From: a virus
Length of the DNA: 64,000 nucleotides
Strand: one strand, 5' to 3'
IMG/VR virus record: IMGVR_UViG_3300021512_000004
Span: 10,741 to 74,740 of that record
The notes below the pieces were generated by a model that searched no databases, was not told where the DNA came from, and saw only the letters and a program-made list of their open reading frames with translations. The translations under genes and the position numbers were made by a program. Of the stretch, positions 20,637-29,425 are shown piece by piece. The first letter of the stretch is position 1; every line of letters starts with the position of its first letter.

Positions 20637-20991
20637 GGGTCACTCTCTGAATCACTTGAAGTTTTCCTATCTGTACAGTCTCTGACCCACCGGGATCTGA
20701 CACCGTGGAAATCCATAGGATGTCATAGCTGTATTCCCCAGGCTCAATCCCTGCAGTCTGAGCTGGAGTTGGACGTATGTACGCCACCCCAATCTCGGAG
20801 TCAGCATCAACCGGGACAGTTATTTCGATTTGTAGGTCTGCCTCGGAATCCGGCAGTGTGGGGTCTTTCTTGATGGTCAGATAGAGCTTATCGCCCCCAA
20901 TAGCGATGGGGCTGTCGTTCTTATCTGAAACGGTTACCCTGTACTTTGGGCTATTCCCCTGAACCAAAGGGCCGAGATCTTCAATCCGCAA
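20623..20991 (-). CDS. BppU-like N-terminal beta-sandwich virion protein
   Basis: QG......V...D...PI.I pattern and G.Y.YDI motif. Confidence 0.5.
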   Translation of the reverse strand: MRIEDLGPLVQGNSPKYRVTVSDKNDSPIAIGGDKLYLTIKKDPTLPDSEADLQIEITVPVDADSEIGVAYIRPTPAQTAGIEPGEYSYDILWISTVSDPGGSETVQIGKLQVIQRVTHAIV

Positions 20992-21044
20992 GTTGACAAC
21001 CTCTCACTTGTAATTAGCGTGGCAATCCGTCTAGAGGGGAAAGC

Positions 21045-21563
21045 TTAACACTTTGATAGGCGAGCTTCCAGCAGTGTTAGGAACTTCTCAGTCAAGTCTT
21101 CCCCTTCGCTGAGATCTTGTAAAATCTCCAAAGTAGTGGCCTCAACTGCCCTATATCTGTCCATAGTCATTAGCTTTTCATGATACTTCATCAGCGTTGC
21201 AATTAGTTGGGAAGAGGATGTTACCACCTCCTTCAGCTCTCTAGGCGATACCCCCTCTTTCACCCTGCCTGTGGACAAAAGAACCGTCTTTCTCATCGCC
21301 CTAACTGCGGATATCTGAGCAGCTATCTCTACTTTCAGGTCAAAGTTCTCGTCATAAACAAGATCCTCAGAGTCTGACCTGAAATACCCCAGAAAATTTA
21401 ACTTCTCAATAACTTTATCTGCCAGATCCTCATCAATCTCAGGCAGGATCTCATCACAAAACCGCCTAACCTCATGCCTTAGGTCAGACTCAGTTAACGG
21501 TAGACCTCCCTTTAAGGCGTTCTTAGTTATGTCAGACTCAAACTCATGGATTCCAGAGGTCAT
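21045..21563 (-). CDS. Helical protein, candidate terminase small subunit
   Basis: Likely start MTSGIHEF at 21563, coupled to the stop of 21560..21910; all-helical. Function is inference. Confidence 0.35.
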   Translation of the reverse strand: MTSGIHEFESDITKNALKGGLPLTESDLRHEVRRFCDEILPEIDEDLADKVIEKLNFLGYFRSDSEDLVYDENFDLKVEIAAQISAVRAMRKTVLLSTGRVKEGVSPRELKEVVTSSSQLIATLMKYHEKLMTMDRYRAVEATTLEILQDLSEGEDLTEKFLTLLEARLSKC

Positions 21564-21910
21564 AGGGAGTCCGCCTTTGTCTTTAAATCCCTCTGATTCT
21601 TCCAGTAAGCGTAGGGAGCGGCTCCCAGCAGGATGGCCCACAGGAGAGGTGTAAACACGCTCAAGACGAACAGTGTGGCCGCTATTGATGCTATCAGGTA
21701 GATGCTCTGAGAAAACAGCCTGAGCCAACATAATAGCCATGCTTTGAACACTTTATAAGTCAAGGGAAAGAACCCTTGGTGCATTTGAAACTGTGATAGA
21801 GTCCCTTCCAGTTTCGGAGCTTCACTGAATAGACCTTGCCAAAGCCTTGCATACGAGGACTTCACTACAAAAAGATAAAATCTGATAAGGTCCATCATCC
21901 CATTCTCCAT
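21560..21910 (-). CDS. Membrane protein, holin candidate
   Basis: Long hydrophobic C-terminal stretch with a charged tail, near the endolysin. Confidence 0.35.
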   Translation of the reverse strand: MENGMMDLIRFYLFVVKSSYARLWQGLFSEAPKLEGTLSQFQMHQGFFPLTYKVFKAWLLCWLRLFSQSIYLIASIAATLFVLSVFTPLLWAILLGAAPYAYWKNQRDLKTKADSL

Positions 21911-22158
21911 AGAATTTCAGTTATTAGGTTTGAAAGTTTGATCTTGGGGTGCAAGTATTTTACTCCAGACGGAAACCACCTCCCATCTACCCTAACTCGA
22001 TATAGGTTTTTATGACTTTGAACCTTTTTCCCAGTCATAGAATTAAGGTATTCTCCCAGAGGGAACTCCTCCGCCATGAAGACTTCAATCTTTTTATTTT
22101 CCTCAGCATTTCTACTTTTAAGCAGAAGGCTGTAGACAGGTTTTCGCACTTCTGACAT
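21895..22158 (-). CDS. Hypothetical protein
   Basis: GAGG RBS and ATG. Confidence 0.5.
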   Translation of the reverse strand: MSEVRKPVYSLLLKSRNAEENKKIEVFMAEEFPLGEYLNSMTGKKVQSHKNLYRVRVDGRWFPSGVKYLHPKIKLSNLITEILWRMG

Positions 22159-22177
22159 CTTTAACCTCTAAAACTTT

Positions 22178-22237
22178 TTGTGGTCGGTAGTTTACCCTTG
22201 CCCCTCCACTGGGGCAAGGGTAAACTACCGACCACAA
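22178..22237. repeat. 27-bp perfect inverted repeat, 6-nt loop
   Basis: TTGTGGTCGGTAGTTTACCCTTGCCCC-tccact-GGGGCAAGGGTAAACTACCGACCACAA. Confidence 0.9.
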
Positions 22238-22544
22238 CAAACTCAGGGAGTTCCAATTTGACAAACTTAAGAAACATCTACGCCAAGTTAAGCCAAATGC
22301 AGGGACAGTTGGGGGAGGGCTTTAGACTCTCAATATCGCTAGACCCCAGATTAGACAACAGCTTGTGCCTACTAGCTGAAGATTTGATGATCCGAGATAA
22401 CTTCTACAGGGTCACTCTCCACCCTACTGAACTGGCCAAGATGATTGACGATACCGCTGCAGTTAATCAGTTTATTGTGCAGGTGAAGCAGAAACATCTT
22501 CATATTAATACCTCTCGAAATCGTTGATCGGAGTTATATTGTCA

Positions 22545-23507
22545 ATGGCTAGAAAAGCAACCAATAAGCTATTACAAAAAGCAAAGAAATCAAAGAGTGA
22601 TGAGTTTTATACCCAGCTTTGCGATATTGAAAGTGAATTGCAACATTACAGAACACACTTTAAAGATAAGATCGTCTTTTGTAATTGCGACGATCCTGGA
22701 ATAAGTAATTTCTTTAAGTATTTTTCGGCAAATTTTAAAGAATTAGGTCTAAAGAAACTAATAGCGGCTTGTTACAGAGAACAAACAATAGATTTGTTTA
22801 ACACAGCAGAATATAAAAATGGTTTCTTCTTTGAATATACAGGTAAAGAGGAAGAAACTGACATTTCCTGCTTTAATGGGGATGGTGATTTTCGTAGTTC
22901 AGAAAGCATTGAACTATTAAAACAGTCCGATATTGTTGTTACGAATCCACCATTTTCATTATTTAGAGAATATGTTGAACCACTCGTTAAGTATGATAAG
23001 AAATTTTTAATAATTGGGAATGTTAATGCGATAACTTATAAAGAAATTTTCAAGCTGATCAAGGAGAATAAAGCGTGGCTGGGAATTAATCTTGGCAGAG
23101 GCGTTTCTGGTTTTATTGTCCCTGAGCATTATGAACTCTATGGGACAGAGACTCGTATTGATGATTCAGGAAACAGGATAGTTTCTCCAAATAATTGCTT
23201 ATGGCTAACTAACTTGGATACTTTCAAAAGACACGAGGACATCCCTCTTACAAAGAAATATTTTGGTAACGAAAATGACTATCCTAAGTATGACAATTAT
23301 GATGGAATCAATGTCAATAAAACGAAAGACATACCATCTGACTACAGTGGTGCCATGGGGGTTCCGATAACATTTCTTCATAAATTTAACCCTGATCAAT
23401 TTGAAATTATTAAATTCAGAAAAGGGGACGATGAAAAAGATTTATCTATAAACGGAAAATGTCCTTATTTTAGAATTCTAATTAGAAGTAAACGAATCTC
23501 CTCCTGA
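22545..23507 (+). CDS. Adenine-specific DNA methyltransferase, EcoRI methylase family
   Basis: AKKSKSDEFYT, FCNCDDP, GDGDFRS.E, DIVVTNPPFSLFREY and YDNYDGINV motifs; visibly AT-rich compared with its flanks. Confidence 0.9.
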   Translation: MARKATNKLLQKAKKSKSDEFYTQLCDIESELQHYRTHFKDKIVFCNCDDPGISNFFKYFSANFKELGLKKLIAACYREQTIDLFNTAEYKNGFFFEYTGKEEETDISCFNGDGDFRSSESIELLKQSDIVVTNPPFSLFREYVEPLVKYDKKFLIIGNVNAITYKEIFKLIKENKAWLGINLGRGVSGFIVPEHYELYGTETRIDDSGNRIVSPNNCLWLTNLDTFKRHEDIPLTKKYFGNENDYPKYDNYDGINVNKTKDIPSDYSGAMGVPITFLHKFNPDQFEIIKFRKGDDEKDLSINGKCPYFRILIRSKRISS

Positions 23508-23560
23508 GGACCTCAATTTACTGGAAACGTATAATCTGGCAGCCGAGGGTTAGGGTACTC

Positions 23561-23614
23561 AGCCGCCAATCCCACTAAATCTAAATGTTTCATATACGCC
23601 TATAGAACTACGGG
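23561..23614 (-). pseudogene. Degenerate duplicate of the C5-MTase gene start (direct repeat of 24353-24410)
   Basis: AGCCGCCAATCCC(a/g)CTAAAT...CTAAATGTTTCATATA..CCTATAGAACTACGGG occurs at both positions; this copy reads MKHLDL/frameshift/SGIGG*. Confidence 0.75.
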
Positions 23615-23621
23615 TAATGAG

Positions 23622-24389
23622 TCAGTGTGCTTTAATGCACTTCATTATCTCGTAAGCGATCTGTGGCACTATGGCGTTTCCTAGTCCTCTACGTCTGTCC
23701 AACCTATTGGGTATCCCATGTGGGCTTCCCATAAAGATGGGTTCACTCTGTCCTGCCACTGAAAAGGCTTCCCCGTTAAAAAGCACACGACTTGACTCAG
23801 CCCCTTTTGAACTGCCCTCCCCGTTTCCTTGTGGTACCACCTCTCGTTGCAAGTCAGAGGGGGCGCTCCTCTCTTGTCCACAATGGGGATATTTTTCCAA
23901 TTCGGCTCTTGTGCGCTCAGCGTAGGCAACAATCCAAAGCCTCTCCCTCGCATGGTCCTGTTGAAGAGCTCCAGCCGGAATAATAAGCGGCCTTGTGGCG
24001 TAGCCTTCACTCTCCAAATCAGTAAGCACTTTGTCGAGGCCCATGTATTCGTGGTCAGTAACATTTTCGCAAATAACCCAAGAGGGTCGCGCTTGCTTAA
24101 TAACTCTAAGCATTTCCGGCCAGAGGTGGCGGTCATCCTCCGTGCCTTTTTGCTTCCCGGCTCTACTAAATGGCTGGCACGGATACCCTCCTGTGATGAT
24201 GTCGATTCCTTCATATTCACTCCCGTCCAATTCTTTAATATCGTGGTGTATTGGTACGCCAGGAAAGTTCTTCCGCAGCACTTTGCGAGGGAACTCTTCT
24301 ATCTCGCAAAACCCCACAGTTTCAATCCCAGCCCATCTCGCGGAGAGGGCAAAGCCGCCAATCCCGCTAAATAAATCTAAATGTTTCAT
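23622..24389 (-). CDS. DNA cytosine-C5 methyltransferase, alpha polypeptide
   Basis: Motif I DLFSGIGG, IV GGYPCQPFS, VI ENV, VIII HARERLW and X GNAIVPQ; no recognisable motif IX. Confidence 0.92.
   Translation of the reverse strand: MKHLDLFSGIGGFALSARWAGIETVGFCEIEEFPRKVLRKNFPGVPIHHDIKELDGSEYEGIDIITGGYPCQPFSRAGKQKGTEDDRHLWPEMLRVIKQARPSWVICENVTDHEYMGLDKVLTDLESEGYATRPLIIPAGALQQDHARERLWIVAYAERTRAELEKYPHCGQERSAPSDLQREVVPQGNGEGSSKGAESSRVLFNGEAFSVAGQSEPIFMGSPHGIPNRLDRRRGLGNAIVPQIAYEIMKCIKAH
23681..24220 (-). CDS. C5-MTase beta polypeptide encoded in an alternative frame inside the alpha gene
   Basis: 179-aa nested ORF ending RVNPSLWEAHMGYPIGWTD, a motif-IX-like sequence; same layout as M.EcoHK31I. 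Confidence 0.7.
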   Translation of the reverse strand: MNMKESTSSQEGIRASHLVEPGSKKARRMTATSGRKCLELLSKRDPLGLFAKMLLTTNTWASTKCLLIWRVKATPQGRLLFRLELFNRTMRGRGFGLLPTLSAQEPNWKNIPIVDKRGAPPLTCNERWYHKETGRAVQKGLSQVVCFLTGKPFQWQDRVNPSLWEAHMGYPIGWTDVED

Positions 24390-24403
24390 ATATACCTATA
24401 GAA

Positions 24404-24706
24404 CTACGGGCCGGGGCAGTCGCAGTGGGCGAAATCATCCCCGCAGACGTGGCAGATAAGGTTGAAGCCGCAGGTGTCTGCAGAGAGGTGGTCCTCATAC
24501 AACTTTCCGCAGTCAGCACACTTACATTTGCTGGCATAAGATATCTCTGGAGGGTTCACCCACTCCATGAATTTCTCAGCTAATAGTTGGGCGGGTGTGG
24601 CAGGGTTGGGTTGGCCTGGGTCAAGTGGAGGGTCATATAGGACGCTGATATCTAAAGCCCCTTCGGACTGAGGATCGTCTGATATTGTTATGGTTACGGC
24701 GGTCAC
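24404..24706 (-). CDS. Hypothetical Cys-rich (zinc-binding) protein
   Basis: CADC, CHVC and HCDC motifs. Confidence 0.5.
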   Translation of the reverse strand: MTAVTITISDDPQSEGALDISVLYDPPLDPGQPNPATPAQLLAEKFMEWVNPPEISYASKCKCADCGKLYEDHLSADTCGFNLICHVCGDDFAHCDCPGP

Positions 24707-25047
24707 TCCTCCGCCTCCTTTAGAATCAGTTCAAGCTCTGCCAGACAGTTCCAGGCCGCGTGGTGCTTATGTGGCAGGCCAGATTCCTGGTCAAGTTGGG
24801 TTATGCTTGCGTTGAGTTCATGCCTCCACTTAGCGTCGTTATACCTCTCTATCCCATTTGGGACAGATATCCATCCCCCTCTAGTGTACTTTTTTGCTCC
24901 ATAGGTTCCGACTTCCGCTATGGCCAGAAGAGCCCTTGGGAAGTCTTTTATCAAACCTGCCAGGATTTTGCCGTCGTCTGCCTTTACTCCAAGCTGGTGG
25001 AGGTCTTCTTTGCTGTCGTCAGGGCTAGCTGCCTCTGTCAGGGACAT
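24703..25047 (-). CDS. dATP/dGTP diphosphohydrolase domain protein (DUF5664-like)
   Basis: K.DDGK...P.AL..IA.V.TYGAKKY...W...RY..A..RH...D.ESGLPH..HAAWN signature. Confidence 0.85.
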   Translation of the reverse strand: MSLTEAASPDDSKEDLHQLGVKADDGKILAGLIKDFPRALLAIAEVGTYGAKKYTRGGWISVPNGIERYNDAKWRHELNASITQLDQESGLPHKHHAAWNCLAELELILKEAEE

Positions 25048-25059
25048 ATTTCACTCCAT

Positions 25060-25314
25060 TTAAAAAGTAGTGGGTTGGGCAACGCTGCGAACGGCGCTCA
25101 TAAACCCCGTTTGTAGCTCATTTTTCGCCTTACTCAACCATCGTTCGCCAGTTGCAATGTAGTCAGCCCCGTGTCCTGAGTTGTACAAGTCATGCAGGGC
25201 GTGATCAAAAACCTTACTCACTTTCTCAGAGACCTCTTTAAATTCGTTCATTAAGTCAATCTCTTGCTGGCTTAAATCCCGATACCCTTTTATTTTCTTG
25301 TGTTGGTCTTTCAT
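25060..25314 (-). CDS. acb2: Anti-CBASS cyclic-nucleotide sponge Acb2
   Basis: QHKKIKGYRDLSQ.EID.MN N-terminus and RWL...K..LQTG.M...R.VAQP..F C-terminus match the Acb2 family as I recall it. Confidence 0.9.
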   Translation of the reverse strand: MKDQHKKIKGYRDLSQQEIDLMNEFKEVSEKVSKVFDHALHDLYNSGHGADYIATGERWLSKAKNELQTGFMSAVRSVAQPTTF

Positions 25315-25601
25315 TTTACTCTCCTTAGTTTTCTTACATCGCCATAAAAACGATTACTGAACTTGAACGGAGTACCATCTTTCTTTATCTTGTAGACTCG
25401 GATACTGAACCTATCCCCGCAGGGTTGGCTGTCTATAGACGCGACTAAGTAGTTCTCACACTCCCCTGAAAGCCTATCTCCAACTGAAAAAGGGCATAGT
25501 TCCTCGGCTAAATCTTGCTCTGCAGCTGCCAACAGCCTACGATCTGCTGTAAGCCTGTCTTTGAGAGCTCTGATCTCTAGTTTTTGAGTTTCAATGTTCA
25601 A
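25311..25601 (-). CDS. Hypothetical protein
   Basis: ATGA-coupled ORF. Confidence 0.55.
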   Translation of the reverse strand: MNIETQKLEIRALKDRLTADRRLLAAAEQDLAEELCPFSVGDRLSGECENYLVASIDSQPCGDRFSIRVYKIKKDGTPFKFSNRFYGDVRKLRRVK

Positions 25602-25882
25602 TTTATTTCCCTGGTAATTAGATGGTCTATTGCTATTTTAGCAAGGCTCAACGCCTTTTCCTCATCGACATTGTTAAAACCTATTTCCGCCTTATCCCAA
25701 CCCTCTTCACTATCTTGGAAGGATATAGCAATAGAGCTGACCCCAAGCCCCGGAGGCATAAAATAAAATCGAATTTCTGGGACACACTCTTCCGGACTGC
25801 TATCAAGTTTAACTAAAACTTGCCCCACTTCAGTTTCATATAATTTTGCAAACATTTTAAACCTCTTTAGACGTACTTCCAT
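25598..25882 (-). CDS. Hypothetical protein
   Basis: ATGA-coupled; likely start MFAKLY. Confidence 0.55.
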   Translation of the reverse strand: MEVRLKRFKMFAKLYETEVGQVLVKLDSSPEECVPEIRFYFMPPGLGVSSIAISFQDSEEGWDKAEIGFNNVDEEKALSLAKIAIDHLITREIN

Positions 25883-26045
25883 CGTCTGGACGACACTTCT
25901 TTTTCAGCTTTCCAATATAAACAACGACTGTTGCTAATAGGTATTTAGCTAAGAGTCTTGAATCAGGCATTGATAGCGAGATAGCGACGAATACCGCTCC
26001 AACTACTATTGCTGCTAAACAGCAGATGATGAATAGGGCTTCCAT
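25857..26045 (-). CDS. Small membrane protein
   Basis: Two hydrophobic segments. Confidence 0.45.
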   Translation of the reverse strand: MEALFIICCLAAIVVGAVFVAISLSMPDSRLLAKYLLATVVVYIGKLKKKCRPDDGSTSKEV

Positions 26046-26067
26046 AAATGGAAGTCCCCCTTATTGC

Positions 26068-26529
26068 CTAATACTTAGAGCAACTTCTAGCAGGGCCGCC
26101 GGTTCTGGTTTCCTTTACTTGAGGTTTCTTGGGCAGTTTTTTGATTACTAACTGCTGTTCATCAACCCACCAGCTATCAGGGCTGACGTTAGTCATGCCA
26201 AGTTTAGACTCAATGAAGATTCTGGAGCAGCCGTTCAGGTAAACAGCTCTACCAGTGGCTGTGCCTTTCTGCCCTCGTATAGGGTCGTCAACTATAGCCC
26301 CAAGAGGAACGGTTTGTGCAGGGGCAGGCATGGGCTCCATAACTGGCGGAGCGTCTGTAACCTTCAGCTGGGGGTCGTCCACCATTCTGCCCTCCGGCAC
26401 CTTCCCGTCTTTGTCAACTTGAGGCTGAACAAAGTAGCGGTCACATCCGTACAGGTAGGAGGCTCTGTTCTCTGCTATTCCTTCAAGTCCTGTTACTTGG
26501 TCTATTACGAAACTTCCTAATTTAATCAT
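26068..26529 (-). CDS. Hypothetical protein with an internal tandem duplication of an SH3-like unit
   Basis: LG..V.D...G..G.A..RA.YL.GC.R occurs twice. Confidence 0.65.
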   Translation of the reverse strand: MIKLGSFVIDQVTGLEGIAENRASYLYGCDRYFVQPQVDKDGKVPEGRMVDDPQLKVTDAPPVMEPMPAPAQTVPLGAIVDDPIRGQKGTATGRAVYLNGCSRIFIESKLGMTNVSPDSWWVDEQQLVIKKLPKKPQVKETRTGGPARSCSKY

Positions 26530-26592
26530 TTGTTTGTGTCCTGTTTTGGGTTTTGTTGGATTCTGATCGGAGCCGGGCAGTTAAACTTGCAG

Positions 26593-26760
26593 TTATGGCG
26601 GAACATTTTGACTCTTCTCATAAGCGCAGTCAGCGCACATACATGCTCTTTTGTTGCCAGTAAACTCTTTCTTGCATCTGTAGCACAGGTTGGAGTAGTT
26701 TCCTGGGGCCCAGCCGCGCCTCTTAGGGCGAAGGTCTCTGTCTACTTTATCGTCAGTCAA
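26593..26760 (-). CDS. 55-aa zinc-binding protein (GWAPGNY..LCYRC...F.GNKRA..CADCAY)
   Basis: Manual translation from a TTG start with an upstream GAGG; below the ORF-track size cut-off. Confidence 0.6.
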   Translation of the reverse strand: MTDDKVDRDLRPKRRGWAPGNYSNLCYRCKKEFTGNKRACMCADCAYEKSQNVPP

Positions 26761-26786
26761 TTTCTTTGCCTCTACTTTAAAGGGGT

Positions 26787-26815
26787 AGTTTGCCTTGGAA
26801 ATGAGGCAAAGTCAA
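26787..26815 (-). promoter_or_regulatory. Leftward promoter-like motif TTGACT-N17-CAAACT with internal TTTGCC/GGCAAA palindrome
   Basis: A near-identical motif occurs at 54393-54421 on the plus strand. Confidence 0.45.
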
Positions 26816-26934
26816 GAGTCTGGTGTGGGTAATACACCTGGGAGTTGAAAAGGGGCCGGGTAGGTGGAGGGGGTAGTATATATAGGTGAAATAAAGCCCA
26901 AAATAAAAGTCGTGGTGGGGGTTTTCTTCAATGA

Positions 26935-26947
26935 AATCAATGACTTA
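26935..26947 (+). promoter_or_regulatory. IHF-consensus site AATCAATGACTTA
   Basis: Matches WATCAANNNNTTR; identical inverted copy at 29413-29425. Confidence 0.5.
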
Positions 26948-26964
26948 GCACCGCACTATTAATT

Positions 26965-26993
26965 TTGACAATAGTATGAGATGAGCGTATAGT
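26965..26993 (+). promoter_or_regulatory. Strong sigma70 early promoter
   Basis: TTGACA-17 bp-TATAGT at the start of the rightward gene block. Confidence 0.8.
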
Positions 26994-27024
26994 ACGCCTA
27001 TCTTAATTTTTTACAGGAAGCACC

Positions 27025-27906
27025 ATGACCCAGGCCCAGGCTATGCCTACGTTTTTTACCCCGTCCGTGGACGGGCGTGGGACGCCTACGCCTGAATTTT
27101 CCCAACGTGTGAATTCACACAAGCCAAACCGACAAGGTGAAATTATGAAAACTACAAATGAAATTTCAAAATCAATTGACAATTCAAAAACAGACAAGAA
27201 GGCAAGTAAAATGATTGATATTAAAACACTGGAAAAAAGTTTTAAATCTGCCCAACTATCCGCAATAAAAGAGGGAAAACAAACTCCCCTTTTCAAATCA
27301 TTGGTAGGATTAGAAAACAGTTATGGAAAAGTTTTAAACTCTGTTAGGGAATACGTATCTCAAATTGAAAAAACAAAACAGGGCAAGCCATGCCTAGCAT
27401 CTACCAAAAAATCTATTGCTCAAGTTTTGACCGTCATGGATGCGTACCACCTTTACAGAATCGCGCCTCATGGTAGCCAGTCAACCCGCCACGCTCCCAA
27501 TGGTATCCTTCAAAATGTCAAGCGAGAAGTACAAAAAATATTTTCCAATGACCAATACGCTGTATTGATCGAAAAACCCAGAGGCAAGGCCCACGCTTTC
27601 AAAATGGTAAAATCTTCTCCTGTAGTGGTAGGTATCACTGCCAAGGCTAAGGGCCAGCAAATTGTAAGCGTTCCCACTGATATTGATACACCTAGCGCCA
27701 AGGCAAAGGGAAAGACAAAAGACAACGCCAAGGCTGAAGGGTTGTCACAGGTAGAACAGGCGGCGCTAATCAATGAACTAGAGCCGGTCGAATTATCAAA
27801 CGCTGAAAAGCAGGCCCTAGTGTCTGAACTGGTTAAAAAGGTAGGTATTAAGTTTGCAATGGATACCTTGCTAAGTATGGCTGAACAGGAAGCACTAGCC
27901 AACTAA
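27025..27906 (+). CDS. First early gene, Lys-rich hypothetical protein (likely start MKTTNE at about 27145)
   Basis: AAGGTG RBS before MKTTNE; followed by a terminator. Confidence 0.6.
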   Translation: MTQAQAMPTFFTPSVDGRGTPTPEFSQRVNSHKPNRQGEIMKTTNEISKSIDNSKTDKKASKMIDIKTLEKSFKSAQLSAIKEGKQTPLFKSLVGLENSYGKVLNSVREYVSQIEKTKQGKPCLASTKKSIAQVLTVMDAYHLYRIAPHGSQSTRHAPNGILQNVKREVQKIFSNDQYAVLIEKPRGKAHAFKMVKSSPVVVGITAKAKGQQIVSVPTDIDTPSAKAKGKTKDNAKAEGLSQVEQAALINELEPVELSNAEKQALVSELVKKVGIKFAMDTLLSMAEQEALAN

Positions 27907-27920
27907 ACCCAATCCACATA

Positions 27921-27956
27921 GAAACCAGCGAGGGCTTGGCCCTCGCTGGCTTTTCC
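27921..27956 (+). terminator. Rho-independent terminator
   Basis: CCAGCGAGGGC-TTG-GCCCTCGCTGG followed by CTTTT. Confidence 0.7.
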
Positions 27957-28082
27957 GTGCGCCTTAATTTTGACTTTGTGCGAATTCACACAGCTTCACT
28001 AACCCATTCTATGGGGGAGGGCATACCTTTGCGCCTTAATTTTGAGTTTGTGTGAATTCACACAAACTCAGAGGAGAATCTT

Positions 28083-28340
28083 ATGTTAGGAAAGATAACT
28101 AGACAAAACTTGATTGATTATGGGTTTGACCTTCAAAAAGAGACACCCATACGAATCCCAGCCCTAAAAGCCCTAAAAGGCCATTACCCACTAACCAGAG
28201 AGCTGATAGGCATGGAATTTTCGACCGTGGCCGAATCTTTGGCAGTAACCTTACTGTATAAGGCTAGCGAAGCCATGACGGCCATTAGAAAGGCTTATTG
28301 TCAGGGTTTGGTTCAAGGTCGAGTAATGGCTTTACTGTGA
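28083..28340 (+). CDS. Hypothetical early protein
   Basis: GAGGAG RBS immediately after a palindrome copy. Confidence 0.6.
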   Translation: MLGKITRQNLIDYGFDLQKETPIRIPALKALKGHYPLTRELIGMEFSTVAESLAVTLLYKASEAMTAIRKAYCQGLVQGRVMALL

Positions 28341-28576
28341 AAGTAGTCATCAGATACTGCCAACTATACAAGCTTTGGTACATCTGCCACGCAAAAAGCT
28401 ATCAAAACGCTTTCAGAAATTCCTGTAATGGCTATTCGTCCAGAGATAAGGCGGCAGAATTTGCAGAAGGCAAGGGTTGCGTCGTGGTAAAACACGGTTA
28501 CGACCGCTCACAAGATTTTTGACTTTGACTCTTGTGTGAATTCACACAAGAGTCAAACCACTTAAAAGGAATCACC

Positions 28577-28813
28577 ATGAAATACAAAAACGATAAAGAG
28601 CTGAAGTTAAGTATCGCCAACAAAGTAAGAGCGTTCCACGCAGGGAGAGATCTGGTCAGACAACTGCCCAGGTCGGCCTGGAGACAAGCCGAACATACGG
28701 CCCAGCATTCAAAGTTTGGATCAGAATCTATGCACCTTGGCATGTTGTCAGCTATTCGTGAGGTTCCGGCAAGGTTTGTTGGTAGGGATTTAACCCCTTG
28801 TACGGGCCGGTAG
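28577..28813 (+). CDS. Hypothetical early protein (MKYKND...)
   Basis: AAGGA RBS after a palindrome copy. Confidence 0.55.
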   Translation: MKYKNDKELKLSIANKVRAFHAGRDLVRQLPRSAWRQAEHTAQHSKFGSESMHLGMLSAIREVPARFVGRDLTPCTGR

Positions 28814-29412
28814 GGAGGTTTTGGCAGGGAAGGCTACACTTTACCTTGATTGCGGACAAAGAGGGCAGGAGCGAGGAGAATAGTGGCAGGGAGCTCGTCT
28901 GACAGAAGGAAGGGCTGCGCAGCAAAATACCCCTATTCTTAATACTCTTCTTTACTATATATAATAATAATAATATTAATATATATATAAGTATAAGGAA
29001 TATCATTCTTAAAGTCATTAAGGGGGTCTTTTTTGAGGGGGGGTCGATCCGGCTAAGAGAGGTCGCTGTTGTCTTCGTTTTGGCGAGTAAAACAGCCCCA
29101 GCCCCTAGCCCGTTCGACCCCATTTTTTGACCAAAACTATTAATAATCGCAAGACTATGTGGAATAGGTTCAAGACCCTTCCCTTTAGGCTTGCAGGAGC
29201 AAGCCTATCAGCCCTGTAAACAAATGTCAATTCAATACTAATACTCAATACTCGACCTGTAAAACGCATACTAAAAAAGCAAAATTTACGACTATGCCTT
29301 AATTTACAAAATACGCACTATTAACCTAACGGGGGAAACTATTAACTTCCTGAAAAACTATAAAATCCAGTAGTTGGGAGTATGCACTATGCCTCCTTTT
29401 TTTGAAAAAGAG

Positions 29413-29425
29413 TAAGTCATTGATT
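29413..29425 (-). promoter_or_regulatory. IHF-consensus site (inverted copy)
   Basis: TAAGTCATTGATT. Confidence 0.45.

Noticed and set aside
22180-22527. Plus-strand ORF upstream of the EcoRI-family MTase
   Set aside because: It starts inside the 27-bp inverted repeat and has no recognisable motif or clear RBS; at most a fragment.
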